DNA of 64,000 nucleotides from an uncultured Acidobacteriota bacterium (GCA_963804995.1 CAWDSK010000006.1:160001-224000), one strand, 5' to 3'; counted from the stretch's first letter, positions 48,927-59,742 are shown. A program made the numbers and translations. Notes: generated by a model not told the origin, from the letters alone.

Positions 48927-50330
48927 TCACTTGACCTCGATCGGCGCAAGGTCATACCAACCGTCGGATTCGAGGCCCTCGATGGCAAGCTTGATGGCCG
49001 GCTGTCCGGTGCGCGGGTCCAGCATCGCTACGCGCAGGCGGTAGGTGCCCGGCGGCAAGTTTTTGGGAATATAAACCGTGCCGTCGAATACCGCATCGCC
49101 GGGAAGCCATTTGCGGATGTCCACCGGGAGCCTGATTTGCGCGCTGCGGCTCGCGGATCGCAGTTCCATGGCCAGCTCGTACGGCCGGTAAACCGGCGCC
49201 ACTCCCGCATTCAGCCACCACATGTGGATCAATTGCATCGTTCCGGCCAGAACGACTTTTGGATACTCCAGCCGGCGCAGGATGAATCGGTAGCCCATTT
49301 GCTTCTGAAATTCCTCGAAGGCTTTCTTCCACCCCGCCGGAATCGCGGACGATTTGATGTTTACCGACGACACGTGCCAGCGCAGCCCCTGGGCGAGGAT
49401 GTAATCCAGGTTATAGCCCTCCTCCTTCCAACTCCCCGGCACCCCACAGGCCTCGAGCGACACCGGACTGCGCTGCCAGACGTCCTGTATTCCTGCGCGC
49501 ACAATTTGCTGCGGGTAAATGTCCAGCATCTCCGCCTGGAAAAAAGGATCGTCGGAGGCCGTGCGCATATCACCCCAACAGTCCAGCCGCCAGCCCGCGC
49601 CGTGCTCGGTTCCATAGGCCAAGGCTTTCTCTTCGTCGAAATTCATCAGCAGGGGGGTGCGCTGGAATGCTTCGAGCCAAATATCCACCAGCTTTTTCTG
49701 CACGTCGAACGCCGGCATATAGGGGCTCCAACCCTCGCCCCAGTACCCTACCGATGAGATATCCACGCTATCCAGGTCCGGATGCCCGTCGTAACGTTCC
49801 CCTGCCGCTGCCACCAGCGCTCCCCAATACTTCAAATACAACGGGTCAGCAAAGTCCGGCTGCCAGATATTTCCGTCCTTGTCCGTCGCCTGATTCGCAC
49901 GCCGCGATCCCGACTTCTGATACCACTCCGGCAGCGGGTGCTTCTGGTCGTAAGGCATCAGCCGGATTGCGAGCGTTTGATGATGCGCGTGCGCTTGACG
50001 CAAGGCCTCGTCCAGAATCTCCCAGCGGACTCTTCCCTGCTCCGGCTCCAGCGTCTCCCAGAACCAGCGGCAATAGGAAATCGAGGACGCGGGGAAATCC
50101 ACCGCTCCTGCAGCCGGCGCCAGCTTTCCTACGGGGCCCTCTTCCGACCAGCCGAGGCCGGAGTTGATCGCATCCCCGTTGAAGCGCTGGAAAGTCTGAA
50201 TCCCCATGCCCGGATTTACCAAAACCTCGTCAAGCTCTTTAGGACGGAGGACCGTGGTTTCCGTCTGCGCGCCAACATTGACCGCAACTATCAGGGAGAA
50301 AAAGGTAAGCGTAAGCAGTCTCGATGACAT
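48927..50330 (-). CDS. Secreted DUF4832-domain / beta-galactosidase-like protein
   Basis: LVNPGMG, WETLEPEQG, GYWGE, MGYRF, NAGVAP. Confidence 0.75.
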   Translation of the reverse strand: MSSRLLTLTFFSLIVAVNVGAQTETTVLRPKELDEVLVNPGMGIQTFQRFNGDAINSGLGWSEEGPVGKLAPAAGAVDFPASSISYCRWFWETLEPEQGRVRWEILDEALRQAHAHHQTLAIRLMPYDQKHPLPEWYQKSGSRRANQATDKDGNIWQPDFADPLYLKYWGALVAAAGERYDGHPDLDSVDISSVGYWGEGWSPYMPAFDVQKKLVDIWLEAFQRTPLLMNFDEEKALAYGTEHGAGWRLDCWGDMRTASDDPFFQAEMLDIYPQQIVRAGIQDVWQRSPVSLEACGVPGSWKEEGYNLDYILAQGLRWHVSSVNIKSSAIPAGWKKAFEEFQKQMGYRFILRRLEYPKVVLAGTMQLIHMWWLNAGVAPVYRPYELAMELRSASRSAQIRLPVDIRKWLPGDAVFDGTVYIPKNLPPGTYRLRVAMLDPRTGQPAIKLAIEGLESDGWYDLAPIEVK

Positions 50331-50605
50331 GGTGGTTTGACGCTTTCTCAAAAGGTATCCTGCGGCGAATCTGCTGGGCACGAGCGGTCTCGGCCCCAGA
50401 AACTTTGACCGTCGGCCCCTACATTTCCTTAAACCACAAACCGAAAGGCACACTTCGCAGGTCCTTGTATCACAACAAGAGAACGAAAGTTGCAAAAGTT
50501 TCGTATCCCTGCGATACCTTGCAGTAGAATCCGCTTTGCGATTTACGGCCGATTGAGTTCCGCGAATGGTCGCTGAGGAAGGATGAATCTCGCCGGAGGG
50601 CCCAG

Positions 50606-52825
50606 ATGAATCGAATGTTTCGCTGCGCAATGATGATGGGGGTTATCGCTTGCTCATCCCAGGTCATGCATGCCCAAGCGCCGCTCGGCCAAGCTGACCT
50701 CCGAGTGACTAAAGATTCTTCAGAAGTCCGGCAAATGCTACCGACCTATTTGAACAAGCTGGCCGAAGACGCTACCGCGAAGAGGTTGGCGCGCTTCAAC
50801 AAGATTCAGACGGAGACCGATTTCCACAACTGGCAGGAGGCAAACCGCCGCAGATTTCTCGAATTGATCGGAGGCTTGCCCGCGGAACGAACGCCCGTCC
50901 AGGCGCGCGTGACCGGGGAGATTCAGCGCGAAGGGTATGTTATCCGCAAGGTCATTTTCGAGAGCCTGCCCGAATACTATGTGACCGCGAACCTCTATGT
51001 ACCTACCGTGGGTAAAGGACCGTTCCCGGCCGTGCTCGCGCCGTGTGGCCATTCCGCGAATGGAAAAGCCTATGACGTGTACCAGCAGCTCTTCATCGGG
51101 CTCGTGAAGCGCGGATACGTCGTCCTCAGTTACGATCCCATGGGGCAAGGCGAAAGATATCAATACTGGAACTTCCTGCAACAGGAGACCTTGTTAAAGG
51201 GCACTGACAATCAGCACGCCATGGCAGGACTGCAGGAAATCCTTCTGGGGCAAAGCCTGGCGCGCACTTTCATCTGGGATGGAATGCGCGGCCTCGATTA
51301 TCTCACGAGCCTTCCGGAAGTGGATGCCTCGCGCCTTGGGGTAACGGGCAGCTCCGGTGGCGGCACGCTCACAACATACATCTCGATGCTCGATCCGCGA
51401 GTCAAGGCAGCCTCCATCGTCACCTTCATCACCTCCCTGCCCAGGAAAATTGCGGCCCGCAACCTGGATCCAGAAGCCGATCCGGAACAGGATATTCCTG
51501 GTCTATTGGCCGCCGGCCTTGACCACACCGAATTCGTGGGCATGATTGCTCCCCGGCCTGTGTTGATCGGGTCAGCCGCTCGCGACTTCTTCCCCATCGA
51601 GGGAACTCGCCAGACCTTTGCCGAGGTCCAGTCTCTGTATAAGAAAATCGGCGCGCCCGAAAGAATCAAGATGGTGGAGTTTGACCACCCTCACATGTAT
51701 AGCCAACCGCTGCGGGAGGCTACTTATGCGTGGTTCGACAAGTGGCTGAAAGGCGCCGAGCCCGATGCCCACGAGCCTGAGATCACGACGGAGAAGGATG
51801 CGACCCTGGAATGCACGGCCACCGGGCAAGTGATTACTTCTCTCGGCGGAAAGACGGTTTACGACTTCAACCGAACGCAGGCGGAGCAAGAATTGCGTCT
51901 GCTGGATTCGCGGCGGCGCGCTTCTGACTTCCACACATCTCTCGCCGGGAAAATCCGCAGTCGCCTGGGGCTGCCTGCCGACGCGACGGCGCCTGAGGTG
52001 AAGACTCTCGCCACAACAGAAGTGGGAGACTTGGTAATTGAAAAGTTGCTGCTCGAGACCGAACCCGGCATCTCCGTTCCGACTCGAGTGATTCACCGGA
52101 AGGGATTGCAGGGGCGAGCGCACGCGGTGGTCTATCTGCGCGATCGCCTGGGAGAAGATGACCGCCCCGCGTTGTTCGCCTCGTTGGCCGAGCAGGGTCA
52201 AGTTGTGGCAGTCGCGGACGTGCGCGGATTCGGCGAGACCTGGGCGCCATCCGACGTGCGCGCCCTAGGCGCAGACTACTTCCATCCCCGCGATCGGCAG
52301 GATGCGGACTTTGCTTACGCGGCGTTCTTTCTGGGGCGCCCGCTTCTCGGGATGCGCGCCGGCGACGCACTGGGCGTGGTTCGCTATCTGCGTACGCGCT
52401 CGGATGTTGACCCTCGGCGCGTGGCGATGGTGGGAAGAGGGTGGGCAGGAGTGACGGCACTTTTCGCCGCTGCTCTTGACGCGGAGATTCGGGCGACGGC
52501 CGTGGAAGCAATCCCTGTGTCGTACGGCGCGCTGGCCACGGCGGAGATCTACGAGCAGCCCGCCTACTTTCTGTTGCCCGGTGTGCTCCAAGACTTCGAT
52601 CTCACTGATGTGTTCGCGGCTCTTGCTCCCCGGCCGCTTCTGGTGCTGAACGCGCAGGACCCATTGACTCGCAAGATGCCTCAGCAGGAAGCGCTCGTAG
52701 CCTTGGCGCGAGTTCGTGATGCGTATGTCGGGGCGAAAGCTTCTGAAGCACTCGCAGTTAAAGTTGAGCCGCTGGATTCAGACGTGCCGAAGGCGTTGGA
52801 GGAATGGCTCCGCACGCACGAATGA
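50606..52825 (+). CDS. Secreted tandem alpha/beta hydrolase (acetylxylan esterase-like)
   Basis: PCGH, YDPMGQGER, GSSGGG nucleophile elbow; degenerate second domain. Confidence 0.85.
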   Translation: MNRMFRCAMMMGVIACSSQVMHAQAPLGQADLRVTKDSSEVRQMLPTYLNKLAEDATAKRLARFNKIQTETDFHNWQEANRRRFLELIGGLPAERTPVQARVTGEIQREGYVIRKVIFESLPEYYVTANLYVPTVGKGPFPAVLAPCGHSANGKAYDVYQQLFIGLVKRGYVVLSYDPMGQGERYQYWNFLQQETLLKGTDNQHAMAGLQEILLGQSLARTFIWDGMRGLDYLTSLPEVDASRLGVTGSSGGGTLTTYISMLDPRVKAASIVTFITSLPRKIAARNLDPEADPEQDIPGLLAAGLDHTEFVGMIAPRPVLIGSAARDFFPIEGTRQTFAEVQSLYKKIGAPERIKMVEFDHPHMYSQPLREATYAWFDKWLKGAEPDAHEPEITTEKDATLECTATGQVITSLGGKTVYDFNRTQAEQELRLLDSRRRASDFHTSLAGKIRSRLGLPADATAPEVKTLATTEVGDLVIEKLLLETEPGISVPTRVIHRKGLQGRAHAVVYLRDRLGEDDRPALFASLAEQGQVVAVADVRGFGETWAPSDVRALGADYFHPRDRQDADFAYAAFFLGRPLLGMRAGDALGVVRYLRTRSDVDPRRVAMVGRGWAGVTALFAAALDAEIRATAVEAIPVSYGALATAEIYEQPAYFLLPGVLQDFDLTDVFAALAPRPLLVLNAQDPLTRKMPQQEALVALARVRDAYVGAKASEALAVKVEPLDSDVPKALEEWLRTHE

Positions 52826-52900
52826 CCTTCCGCCGGACTGCCCGTTGCCGTTTTGCAGGCCGAGGTTTTGTGGCATCAAAAAATCATGGGGAGGGCAAAA

Positions 52901-52951
52901 TAAGTGGGACCTCGCTCGCTACGCCTCGCTAAGGCGTACAAGTGGGACAAG
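52901..52951 (-). repeat. 51-nt dispersed motif, copy 2
   Basis: taagtgggacctcgctcgctacgcctcgctaaggcgtacaagtgggacaag. Confidence 0.75.
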
Positions 52952-53192
52952 CTTACGACCTCAAATTGCAACGCATCTGGGACGGACCCAGGCATGGGAT
53001 TGGCTTCGAGGGTCGAATGCGGGCGGAGCGGGGGGCAGAAATATACCATGTCACTGACCGCGAGAGGGATCAAGCAGGCGGGCATGTTCCTAGGTGTGAA
53101 GGAGGCTTCCCAGAGACACAACCACCCTCTGTTCCGGTACGGGAACAGTGCTGGTCAGTAAGGTCTAAGTCTCGGAAACAGTGAGGGCGCTC

Positions 53193-53528
53193 TTACTTCG
53201 AGAGCTTCTCAGCCATCGAAATCAACAACCGGCGGTTCGTGCTCAACATGCTCTCAAAGCATTTGACCAACCGCTTAACCGGTTTTCCCATGCTTATCTG
53301 CTCGGGAATCTTGGGTGCGGCCGGCTTGCCCTCGCCTTGGTAAAGCAATTGGTAGGTTTCTATTTCCAACGCTTTGGCAAACTTTTCCATGGTGGCAAGT
53401 GAGGGTGCAGTATATCCGCCTTCAACACGAGAGATGTACGAACGCAACAGACCCGATCGCCGTTCGATATCGCCTTGCGAGAGACCTTTAGCTTCACGTA
53501 ATTGTCGTAACCGTTTTCCTACGTCCAT
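53193..53528 (-). CDS. XRE-family HTH transcriptional regulator
   Basis: VGKRLRQLREAKGLSQGDI...YISRVE..YTAPSL. Confidence 0.93.
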   Translation of the reverse strand: MDVGKRLRQLREAKGLSQGDIERRSGLLRSYISRVEGGYTAPSLATMEKFAKALEIETYQLLYQGEGKPAAPKIPEQISMGKPVKRLVKCFESMLSTNRRLLISMAEKLSK

Positions 53529-53534
53529 AGCGGG

Positions 53535-53563
53535 ATTAGAACAGAAAGAGAACCCCATGTCAA
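53535..53563 (-). promoter_or_regulatory. Sigma70 promoter, probably giving a leaderless mRNA
   Basis: TTGACA-N17-TCTAAT-N6-ATG, no SD. Confidence 0.6.
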
Positions 53564-53733
53564 GAGTGTAACTTTATCTTAACAGCATACTAAACTCAAT
53601 AAGATGTCTCTTGCGCTTTGCGATAAAGTTAGTCCACGAGTTCCGATTCTCATATGTTGAAATGGTGGGACGCATACGCCTTCCTTGGATTTCTCACCCC
53701 GCTGGGAGACCCTCCGGAGCAGACTGAAGGGAG

Positions 53734-54252
53734 GGGCTATGGATTTTTGAATTTTAGCTCGTAGAATTCTCAAACGCCCACGTGACCCCTCACCCGTCCC
53801 GCCCCGGCTGATGAAAACGCCGGTTGCGGTCCACCCTCTCCCCTCGGAGAGGGCTATGATTTCAATTTCTGTCCTGTGTGGTTGAACAAGCAAGTAGCGC
53901 GGCGCATCTGCGACCCCTCGGAGAGGGCTATGCATCACAAATTCCAGCCCTTTCTCAGGGGCAGACAGAAGGGCGGGGCTATGGATATTTGAATTTTAGC
54001 TCGTAGAATTCTCAAACGCCGACGTGACCCCTCACCCGTCCCGCCCCGGCTGATGAAAACGCCGGCGGCGGTCCACCCTCTCCCCTCGGAGAGGGCGGTT
54101 ATTCAAGGTGGTGTGCTCCATCAGCATACGCAGAGAATGGGTCTCTAATTCGGCCAGTGGACGCTTCGGTATAACCTTCCCCTGGCCTGAACCGGATAAT
54201 AGCCTTCTCCCAGGGGAGAAGGTGGCTGACGGAGGAGGACGGATGAGGGGTT
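53734..54252. repeat. REP-D cluster including a ~120-bp duplication (period ~241 bp) and an inverted degenerate copy
   Basis: GGGCTATGGAT.TTTGAATTTTAGCTCGTAGAATTCTCAAACGCC...CCCCTCGGAGAGGGC occurs twice. Confidence 0.8.
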
Positions 54253-54361
54253 ACTTCCACGCGCGGCGCGTCGGAACAATTTATAAATTCAAGAACCATA
54301 AGCTGAGGGCTATAACATCGACCCTGACAATCATATGTGCCGCGATTTGCGACGCACTACA

Positions 54362-55423
54362 CTAGGCGCGAGACTTATCGGGAGGGGCGGCAGGCGCCGT
54401 TCGCGGCTTGGCGGCGCGGGCGGCCTCAACCGCCAGCCACTCCACCAGACAGAGGCTCAGCGTCGACCCGGTAACCTCCATCATGGCAGGAATCAGGATG
54501 CCGAGGTCAGACCGCTCCGCCAGTTCCCGATCATTGCCATCGGTAATGGAAAGAACCCGCGCCCCGTCCACCCGAGCCTGGGCGGCCGAGCGATGGGCGA
54601 GCTTCTTGAGTTTTGAGCGCGAGCCGGAAAGAAATAACACGGCGTCGTCACGCCGGGCCGGCCCCGCCGCACCGCTCAAGAATTCCGAGGCTTCCACTCC
54701 TTCGGCAGCAAGGCCGGCAAGGGCCTCAAGGCGGCGGGAGGCGCGCCAGGCGGGAAAATGGTAAAAGCCTCCCCCCACAATGCGAACGCGCGGCGGCCGG
54801 ATCAACTCCGCCGCTAGGGAACGAATGACGGCCGAGAGTTGCGTGAAGGTCCAATCGATCTGGGCGGGAAGCTCCGAAAATTCCCTGGCGAGCGGATCCC
54901 AGGAGGGCTCATGGCGCTTCAGCAGGCGTGCGGCGGCGAGCGCCCAGAAGTTGAGCGCGGCGTGCAGGCAAACGCTGACGGAAGGAACGTCGCCCTCTCC
55001 TTGGACGGGGACGAGAACAACGTGGTCTGCCATTTTCGCGAGAGGGCTTTCAGCCGTGTTCGTCAATACCAGCAACGTGGCGCCGCGTTTGTGCGCGACC
55101 TGGGCAAGCTCCTGGGCTTCCGGCGCTTCATCCGCGGCGGAAATCATCAGCAGCACCGACCGTGTCACCAGAAGGGGAAGTCCGTAGGTTTGGAAGACCT
55201 CCGCCGGACGCACTACCACCGGCCGGCCCAGAAACATTTCCAGCGCGTAACTGGCCGCCAACCCGAGTCCCGTGCAACTTCCCACCCCGCAAACGTAAAC
55301 CGGCCCATCGCCCCATCGAACCTGACGCACGATTGTTTCATATTCGGCGCGGGCCTTCTCAAGAGTCGCCTGGAGCGCGCCCGGGATGTTCTGAATCTGT
55401 GGTTGGATTCCCATAAGCGTCAC
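54362..55423 (-). CDS. Double SIS-domain protein (GlmS C-terminal-like)
   Basis: VCGVGSC, LTNTAESPLAKMAD, VGGGFYH. Confidence 0.82.
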   Translation of the reverse strand: MTLMGIQPQIQNIPGALQATLEKARAEYETIVRQVRWGDGPVYVCGVGSCTGLGLAASYALEMFLGRPVVVRPAEVFQTYGLPLLVTRSVLLMISAADEAPEAQELAQVAHKRGATLLVLTNTAESPLAKMADHVVLVPVQGEGDVPSVSVCLHAALNFWALAAARLLKRHEPSWDPLAREFSELPAQIDWTFTQLSAVIRSLAAELIRPPRVRIVGGGFYHFPAWRASRRLEALAGLAAEGVEASEFLSGAAGPARRDDAVLFLSGSRSKLKKLAHRSAAQARVDGARVLSITDGNDRELAERSDLGILIPAMMEVTGSTLSLCLVEWLAVEAARAAKPRTAPAAPPDKSRA

Positions 55424-55429
55424 GCTCCG

Positions 55430-56362
55430 CTAAACCCTGCCCTCCGAGGTCGGAATCGGTGCATCGTTCATCACTGGCACGGCCGTGGGAAAGTTATTCT
55501 GCACAAACCGGTGCGCCGAGAGATGCGCCCCGAAAAGTAGGATCAGAGAACCCATATACGCCCAGAAAAGCAAAGTCACGGACAAGGCGAAGGGCCCGTA
55601 AACCTCACGAAAACGGAACAAGGGCAGAGTCTGAATGTATAGGAGCTTGCCCAGTTCCGTCAGGATTCCTGTGACAATCGCGGCCGGGAAGACACGGAGG
55701 AAGGGGACCTTTCCGTTCGGCAGGAAATAGTAGATCCCCAGAAAGATCGAAACCATGATGGGTAGAGAGGCCACTTCCAGGACCACCCGCGAGATTGCCG
55801 CGACGATCTCACGAGCGGGAATCCAAGCCAGCGAAGAGGTAATGAACCATTGCAGGAGGGTGATCCCCAGAACGGATCCGAGGGCGAGGACGCCGGTTAG
55901 AAGGGCAAGAGTAAAGGACACGGCCTGGTTCTTCAGGAAACTACGATTCGTTTTGAATCCCCAGATCCGGTTCAGCGCGACCTCGAGAGGCAGGAAGACA
56001 CCTGAGCTCGTAAAAACCAGCATGAACAACGACATGATTTGCAGCCGCGGGCGCCCTTGGACTGCGATAACCAGATTGCGAATCACTGAATCCGCCCCGG
56101 TGGGAAGGTGGATGCGCAACAATTGGAGGACCATCTGGTAGGCGCCTTCCCAGTGCAGCCCCCGGCGGCAAATGGTCAGCAGGATGAGACTGAAGGGGAA
56201 AAAAGCCAGGTAGGCGTTGGCGGCAATGGAAAACGCGTAAGCGTGCACCTCCGTCGCAAAAATGTAACGCAGGCTGGGAAAAAGCAGATCCCCCGCCCGG
56301 CCGCCCAGAAGGCCGGAGCGTCGCAGTTTTTCCACTTCCGATTCAAGCGTTTCTCGCCACAC
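55430..56362 (-). CDS. YihY/BrkB family inner-membrane protein
   Basis: LAFFPF, ALNRIW, YYFLPN, YGPF...LILLFGA. Confidence 0.9.
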   Translation of the reverse strand: MWRETLESEVEKLRRSGLLGGRAGDLLFPSLRYIFATEVHAYAFSIAANAYLAFFPFSLILLTICRRGLHWEGAYQMVLQLLRIHLPTGADSVIRNLVIAVQGRPRLQIMSLFMLVFTSSGVFLPLEVALNRIWGFKTNRSFLKNQAVSFTLALLTGVLALGSVLGITLLQWFITSSLAWIPAREIVAAISRVVLEVASLPIMVSIFLGIYYFLPNGKVPFLRVFPAAIVTGILTELGKLLYIQTLPLFRFREVYGPFALSVTLLFWAYMGSLILLFGAHLSAHRFVQNNFPTAVPVMNDAPIPTSEGRV

Positions 56363-56711
56363 GCGCAGGAGTTCTCCCAGACGATCAGGCTTTGGTCCTC
56401 TCAGGGGTCGTGAGACCGCGAGGGCAAGAACCCCGGCGTCAGGTGGGGGCCAGCCTGTTGCGTATCCAGAAAGGAGGCGCAGTATAATTCATCAGCCAGC
56501 AACTTGCCAGAAGTGAATCCTGATATCAAAAATACACCCCCTATGCCAGTGTCCTGAGTCAGAAGTTCGCTGACAAAGTCTCAATGGGTTGGGCGACCCC
56601 CTCACCCGCCTGCGGGCCGAAGCCGAGGTCGTTCACAGTTCCCAAGTGCCCCTTCCGTGGGCGTAGGCCCGTCCCGCCCCGGCTGATGAAAACACCGGCG
56701 GCGGGGCCGGG

Positions 56712-56894
56712 GGCATAAGCGTTAATCTAAGGAAGACTTGTTTCCGAGGACGACGTTGCGGAACTTCGAATCGGCCCCGCGGGTTGGTCGGTAAACACCA
56801 GGCGACCAGGCAGGATCTATCGCGAGTCCGCAGTCGGGGTAACTTCCGAGTGGCCGACGATCCAGGAGTTCATCGCTTAGGTAAACGCTACGCC
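56712..56894. mobile_element. Possible MITE/IS remnant with imperfect ~19-bp inverted ends, no TSD
   Basis: GGCATAAGCGTTAATCTAAG versus reverse complement GGCGTAGCGTTTACCTAAG. Confidence 0.5.
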
Positions 56895-56990
56895 GTCACA
56901 GGTGATCTAGAGTGACCGAGCGGCTGTATAATCGATTGCGTCCAAGAGGCCAAACGGAACTCCTTCTCGACACAACCAAGGACGCGCGGC

Positions 56991-58214
56991 ATGGCAGATG
57001 ATCACACGAAGGCGACGGCAATGGCGGCGGAAGGGGAATACCGTGATGAATCTGCGCATCAGGTTTCACTATGCTCGCTCTTCTTGGCGTTCCAGCGCCT
57101 GGGCCTTACGGCCTTCGGCGGGCCGGCAATGGTGGCGCACATCCGCGACTTGGCTGTCGGGAAAAAGCACTGGCTGTCGCAAGAGTGTTTTGAGGACGGT
57201 ACGGCCTTGTGTCAGTCGATTCCCGGTGCCACAGCCATGCAGACGGCGGCTTATGTCGGTCTTCGCACCCGAGGGATTGCCGGAGCGCTGGCGGCATTCC
57301 TGGGATTTGGCCTGCCAGCGTTCGTGCTGATGGTGGTCCTGTCGAGCGTCTACGGTGTCAGTCGCGACCTCCACACGGTGGCGGCCGCCTTTCGGGGGTT
57401 GCAGGTGGTCGTGGTGGCGCTGATGGCCAACGCGGTCGTGGCATTCGGCCGCAGTTCGATAAAGAATTGGCGCGACTTGCTCCTGGCGGGTGCAGCCGCC
57501 ACTTTCCTCATGTTGCACGGCAGTCCCATCCTCGCGATTGTCGGGTCCGCGGCGGTGAGTGCTGTCCTCTATGTTGGCGCAAGCCTGCCCATCAAACCGG
57601 TCCACAATGTCGGCGAACCCGGCGGCCGAAGGGTGGTACGGCTGGTTCTGTTGGCAGTCCTTGTAGGTGGAACTGCTCTCGCAATGCTCTTTGTGGCGAA
57701 TCGTCTACTTTTTAACCTCGCGCTGGTCATGCTCAAAGTGGACCTTTCTGCCTTCGGTGGCGGCTTCGCGTCGGTCCCGGTGATGCTCCAACAGGTCGTG
57801 GACGTTCGGAAGTGGATTGACAGCAAGACATTCATGGATGGCATCGCTCTGGGGCAAGTCACGCCAGGGCCCATCGTCATTACTGCCACTTTCGTTGGGT
57901 ATCAGGTGGCCGGGTTGCTGGGCGCCCTCGTGGCCACCGTCGCGATTTTCTCGCCATCTTTCCTGATGGTGCTGATTACGGTTCCCTACTTTGACCACCT
58001 GCAACGCTCGTTGGTCTTCCGGCGGGTGCTACGTGGCATCCTGGCGTCGTTCGTCGGGTTGCTGCTGGCTGTGACGGCCCACTTCGCCATTGCGCCTTCA
58101 TGGACCACCCGGTCGGTGCTCCTGGCGCTTGCGGCATTCGTGGCGCTGCGGTTCAAAATCGATGTGTTGTGGGTTGTGCTGGTTGGGGCGGGTATAGGCA
58201 TTTTCTTTCTGTGA
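56991..58214 (+). CDS. chrA: Chromate efflux transporter (long-chain CHR)
   Basis: AFGGP, QSIPG, FGGG, GQVTPGP, TATFVGY. Confidence 0.93.
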   Translation: MADDHTKATAMAAEGEYRDESAHQVSLCSLFLAFQRLGLTAFGGPAMVAHIRDLAVGKKHWLSQECFEDGTALCQSIPGATAMQTAAYVGLRTRGIAGALAAFLGFGLPAFVLMVVLSSVYGVSRDLHTVAAAFRGLQVVVVALMANAVVAFGRSSIKNWRDLLLAGAAATFLMLHGSPILAIVGSAAVSAVLYVGASLPIKPVHNVGEPGGRRVVRLVLLAVLVGGTALAMLFVANRLLFNLALVMLKVDLSAFGGGFASVPVMLQQVVDVRKWIDSKTFMDGIALGQVTPGPIVITATFVGYQVAGLLGALVATVAIFSPSFLMVLITVPYFDHLQRSLVFRRVLRGILASFVGLLLAVTAHFAIAPSWTTRSVLLALAAFVALRFKIDVLWVVLVGAGIGIFFL

Positions 58215-58260
58215 CGCAATCGACCCTTCGGCCATCTGGCCCTCCAGCAGGGTGGAAGCT

Positions 58261-58878
58261 ATGAAACTCTACGCGTTAGTGTTCATGTTTGCAGCGGTCG
58301 CCTTGGGACAAGTACCCCACCAGCATCATCCGCCCTCGTCGGGTGAGTATGCCAAGGTGCTGGAAGACCCCTCCCGAGACGCGTGGCAGAAACCGCACGA
58401 GGTCGTGATGGCTCTGGGTCTCAAACCGACGGATGTCGTCGCCGATATAGGCGCCGGCACAGGCTATTTCGCGCGCCGCTTCGCCAACCACGCCGCCAAG
58501 GTCTACGCGGTCGATATCGACAAGGAATTGCTGGCCATCACCCAAAAAGATGCCCCATCGAACCTCACCGTAGTATTGGCCGCGCCTGACGACCCGCGAC
58601 TGCCGGAACAATCTGTCGATCTGATCTTTTTTTGCGATGTGCTGCACCATATCGAAAACCGGGCCGCGTACTATCCCAAGCTCATAAAAGCCTTGAAGCC
58701 GGGTGGTCGCGTTGTGGTGATCGATTTCTACAAAAAGGACCTGCCCATCGGGCCGCCGCCCTCCATGAAACTCTCAGACCAAGAAGTCATCGCGGAGCTA
58801 AGCAACGCGGGGTTTACCCTCACCAAGCGGCTCAACATTCTGCCCTACCAGTATTACCTGTTCTTCGAGAGGCGCTGA
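58261..58878 (+). CDS. Class I SAM-dependent methyltransferase with signal peptide
   Basis: RDAWQKP, VADIGAGTGYF, LKPGG, LPYQY. Confidence 0.92.
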   Translation: MKLYALVFMFAAVALGQVPHQHHPPSSGEYAKVLEDPSRDAWQKPHEVVMALGLKPTDVVADIGAGTGYFARRFANHAAKVYAVDIDKELLAITQKDAPSNLTVVLAAPDDPRLPEQSVDLIFFCDVLHHIENRAAYYPKLIKALKPGGRVVVIDFYKKDLPIGPPPSMKLSDQEVIAELSNAGFTLTKRLNILPYQYYLFFERR

Positions 58879-59048
58879 AAGCGGCGATTGATGCGGTGAC
58901 GGACCTCAGCGGCCAAGGCGGCAAACATACGAGCGTAGAGAGTGATTTCTTCAATGGCGCAGACATAGCGCTCCCTGTTATGTCTGCGGGTCACCTCTAT
59001 CTCTGTTATCGCAGAAATCAACGATGCGTCCGGTACCTGCGGCTGATC

Positions 59049-59636
59049 CTAGTAGTCAGCCCTGAGCAGCTTACTGGCAGGGTCGTAGGAAGCTCCGTTG
59101 TGGCCGAGGAGGCGGAGAAGGTAGACCAGAAAGGTTGCATCGGCGTCCCCCCCCTCCACGCGGTAGGCGCCGGGGAACCTGATTTGGCTGCGCCCAAGGT
59201 ATTCCCGGATCTCGGCAGCTGTTCGGAGTTGCCCGTCGACAACCGTGAGCTCCCAGTCGAAGACATCAGGGGACGGTTCCGGCGCTCGTGCTCTGAGGTG
59301 GAGTACGGGGTAGTCCCGGTCAGAACGGACAGCCGCGGTTTCCGCCACTCCTGAGGAAGCATACGTGCTCGGCACCATCGGTGTTACCACTGTGGTCAGG
59401 TAGGCGTCCTCATCGGCCCACCCCCGGAGTCCCCCGTCCAGAATGGCTACGTTCTCGTGCCCGGCGCGAACAATCTCCCACCAAAGGTGGGCCGCAGCCG
59501 GTGTGACGGTGTCGTCGTATATCACGATAGACATGCCGGGGTGGACAGCAAGGTAGCGAAGAGTCTCACGTTTTTCGAGACTCTGCGGCTTTTCGTTTGG
59601 TGGGTTCGAATTCGAATCAGCACTAACTACCCCCAA
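59049..59636 (-). pseudogene. Rhodanese/sulfurtransferase-like fragment, 5' end probably lost
   Basis: IVIYDD, GHENVAILDGGLRGW; no convincing start or catalytic Cys. Confidence 0.55.
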
Positions 59637-59708
59637 GAAACCGGATTAGTACGGGACATGTCAAAGCCATAAGTTATTATGACAGTGAATGTTTATCATG
59701 TTGAGAAC

Positions 59709-59742
59709 CGCAGAGTCTGAAAGGCACAGACTCTGCGCTACC
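59709..59742 (+). repeat. REP-A-related hairpin ending CTACC (relatives at 36866-36891 and 58958-58988)
   Basis: CGCAGAGTCTG-AAAGGCA-CAGACTCTGCG-CTACC. Confidence 0.7.

Noticed and set aside
53785..53855. Hammerhead ribozyme suggested by CTGATGA in REP-D
   Set aside because: No stem II followed by GAAA and no stem III/cleavage triplet; CTGATGA sits in a hairpin loop
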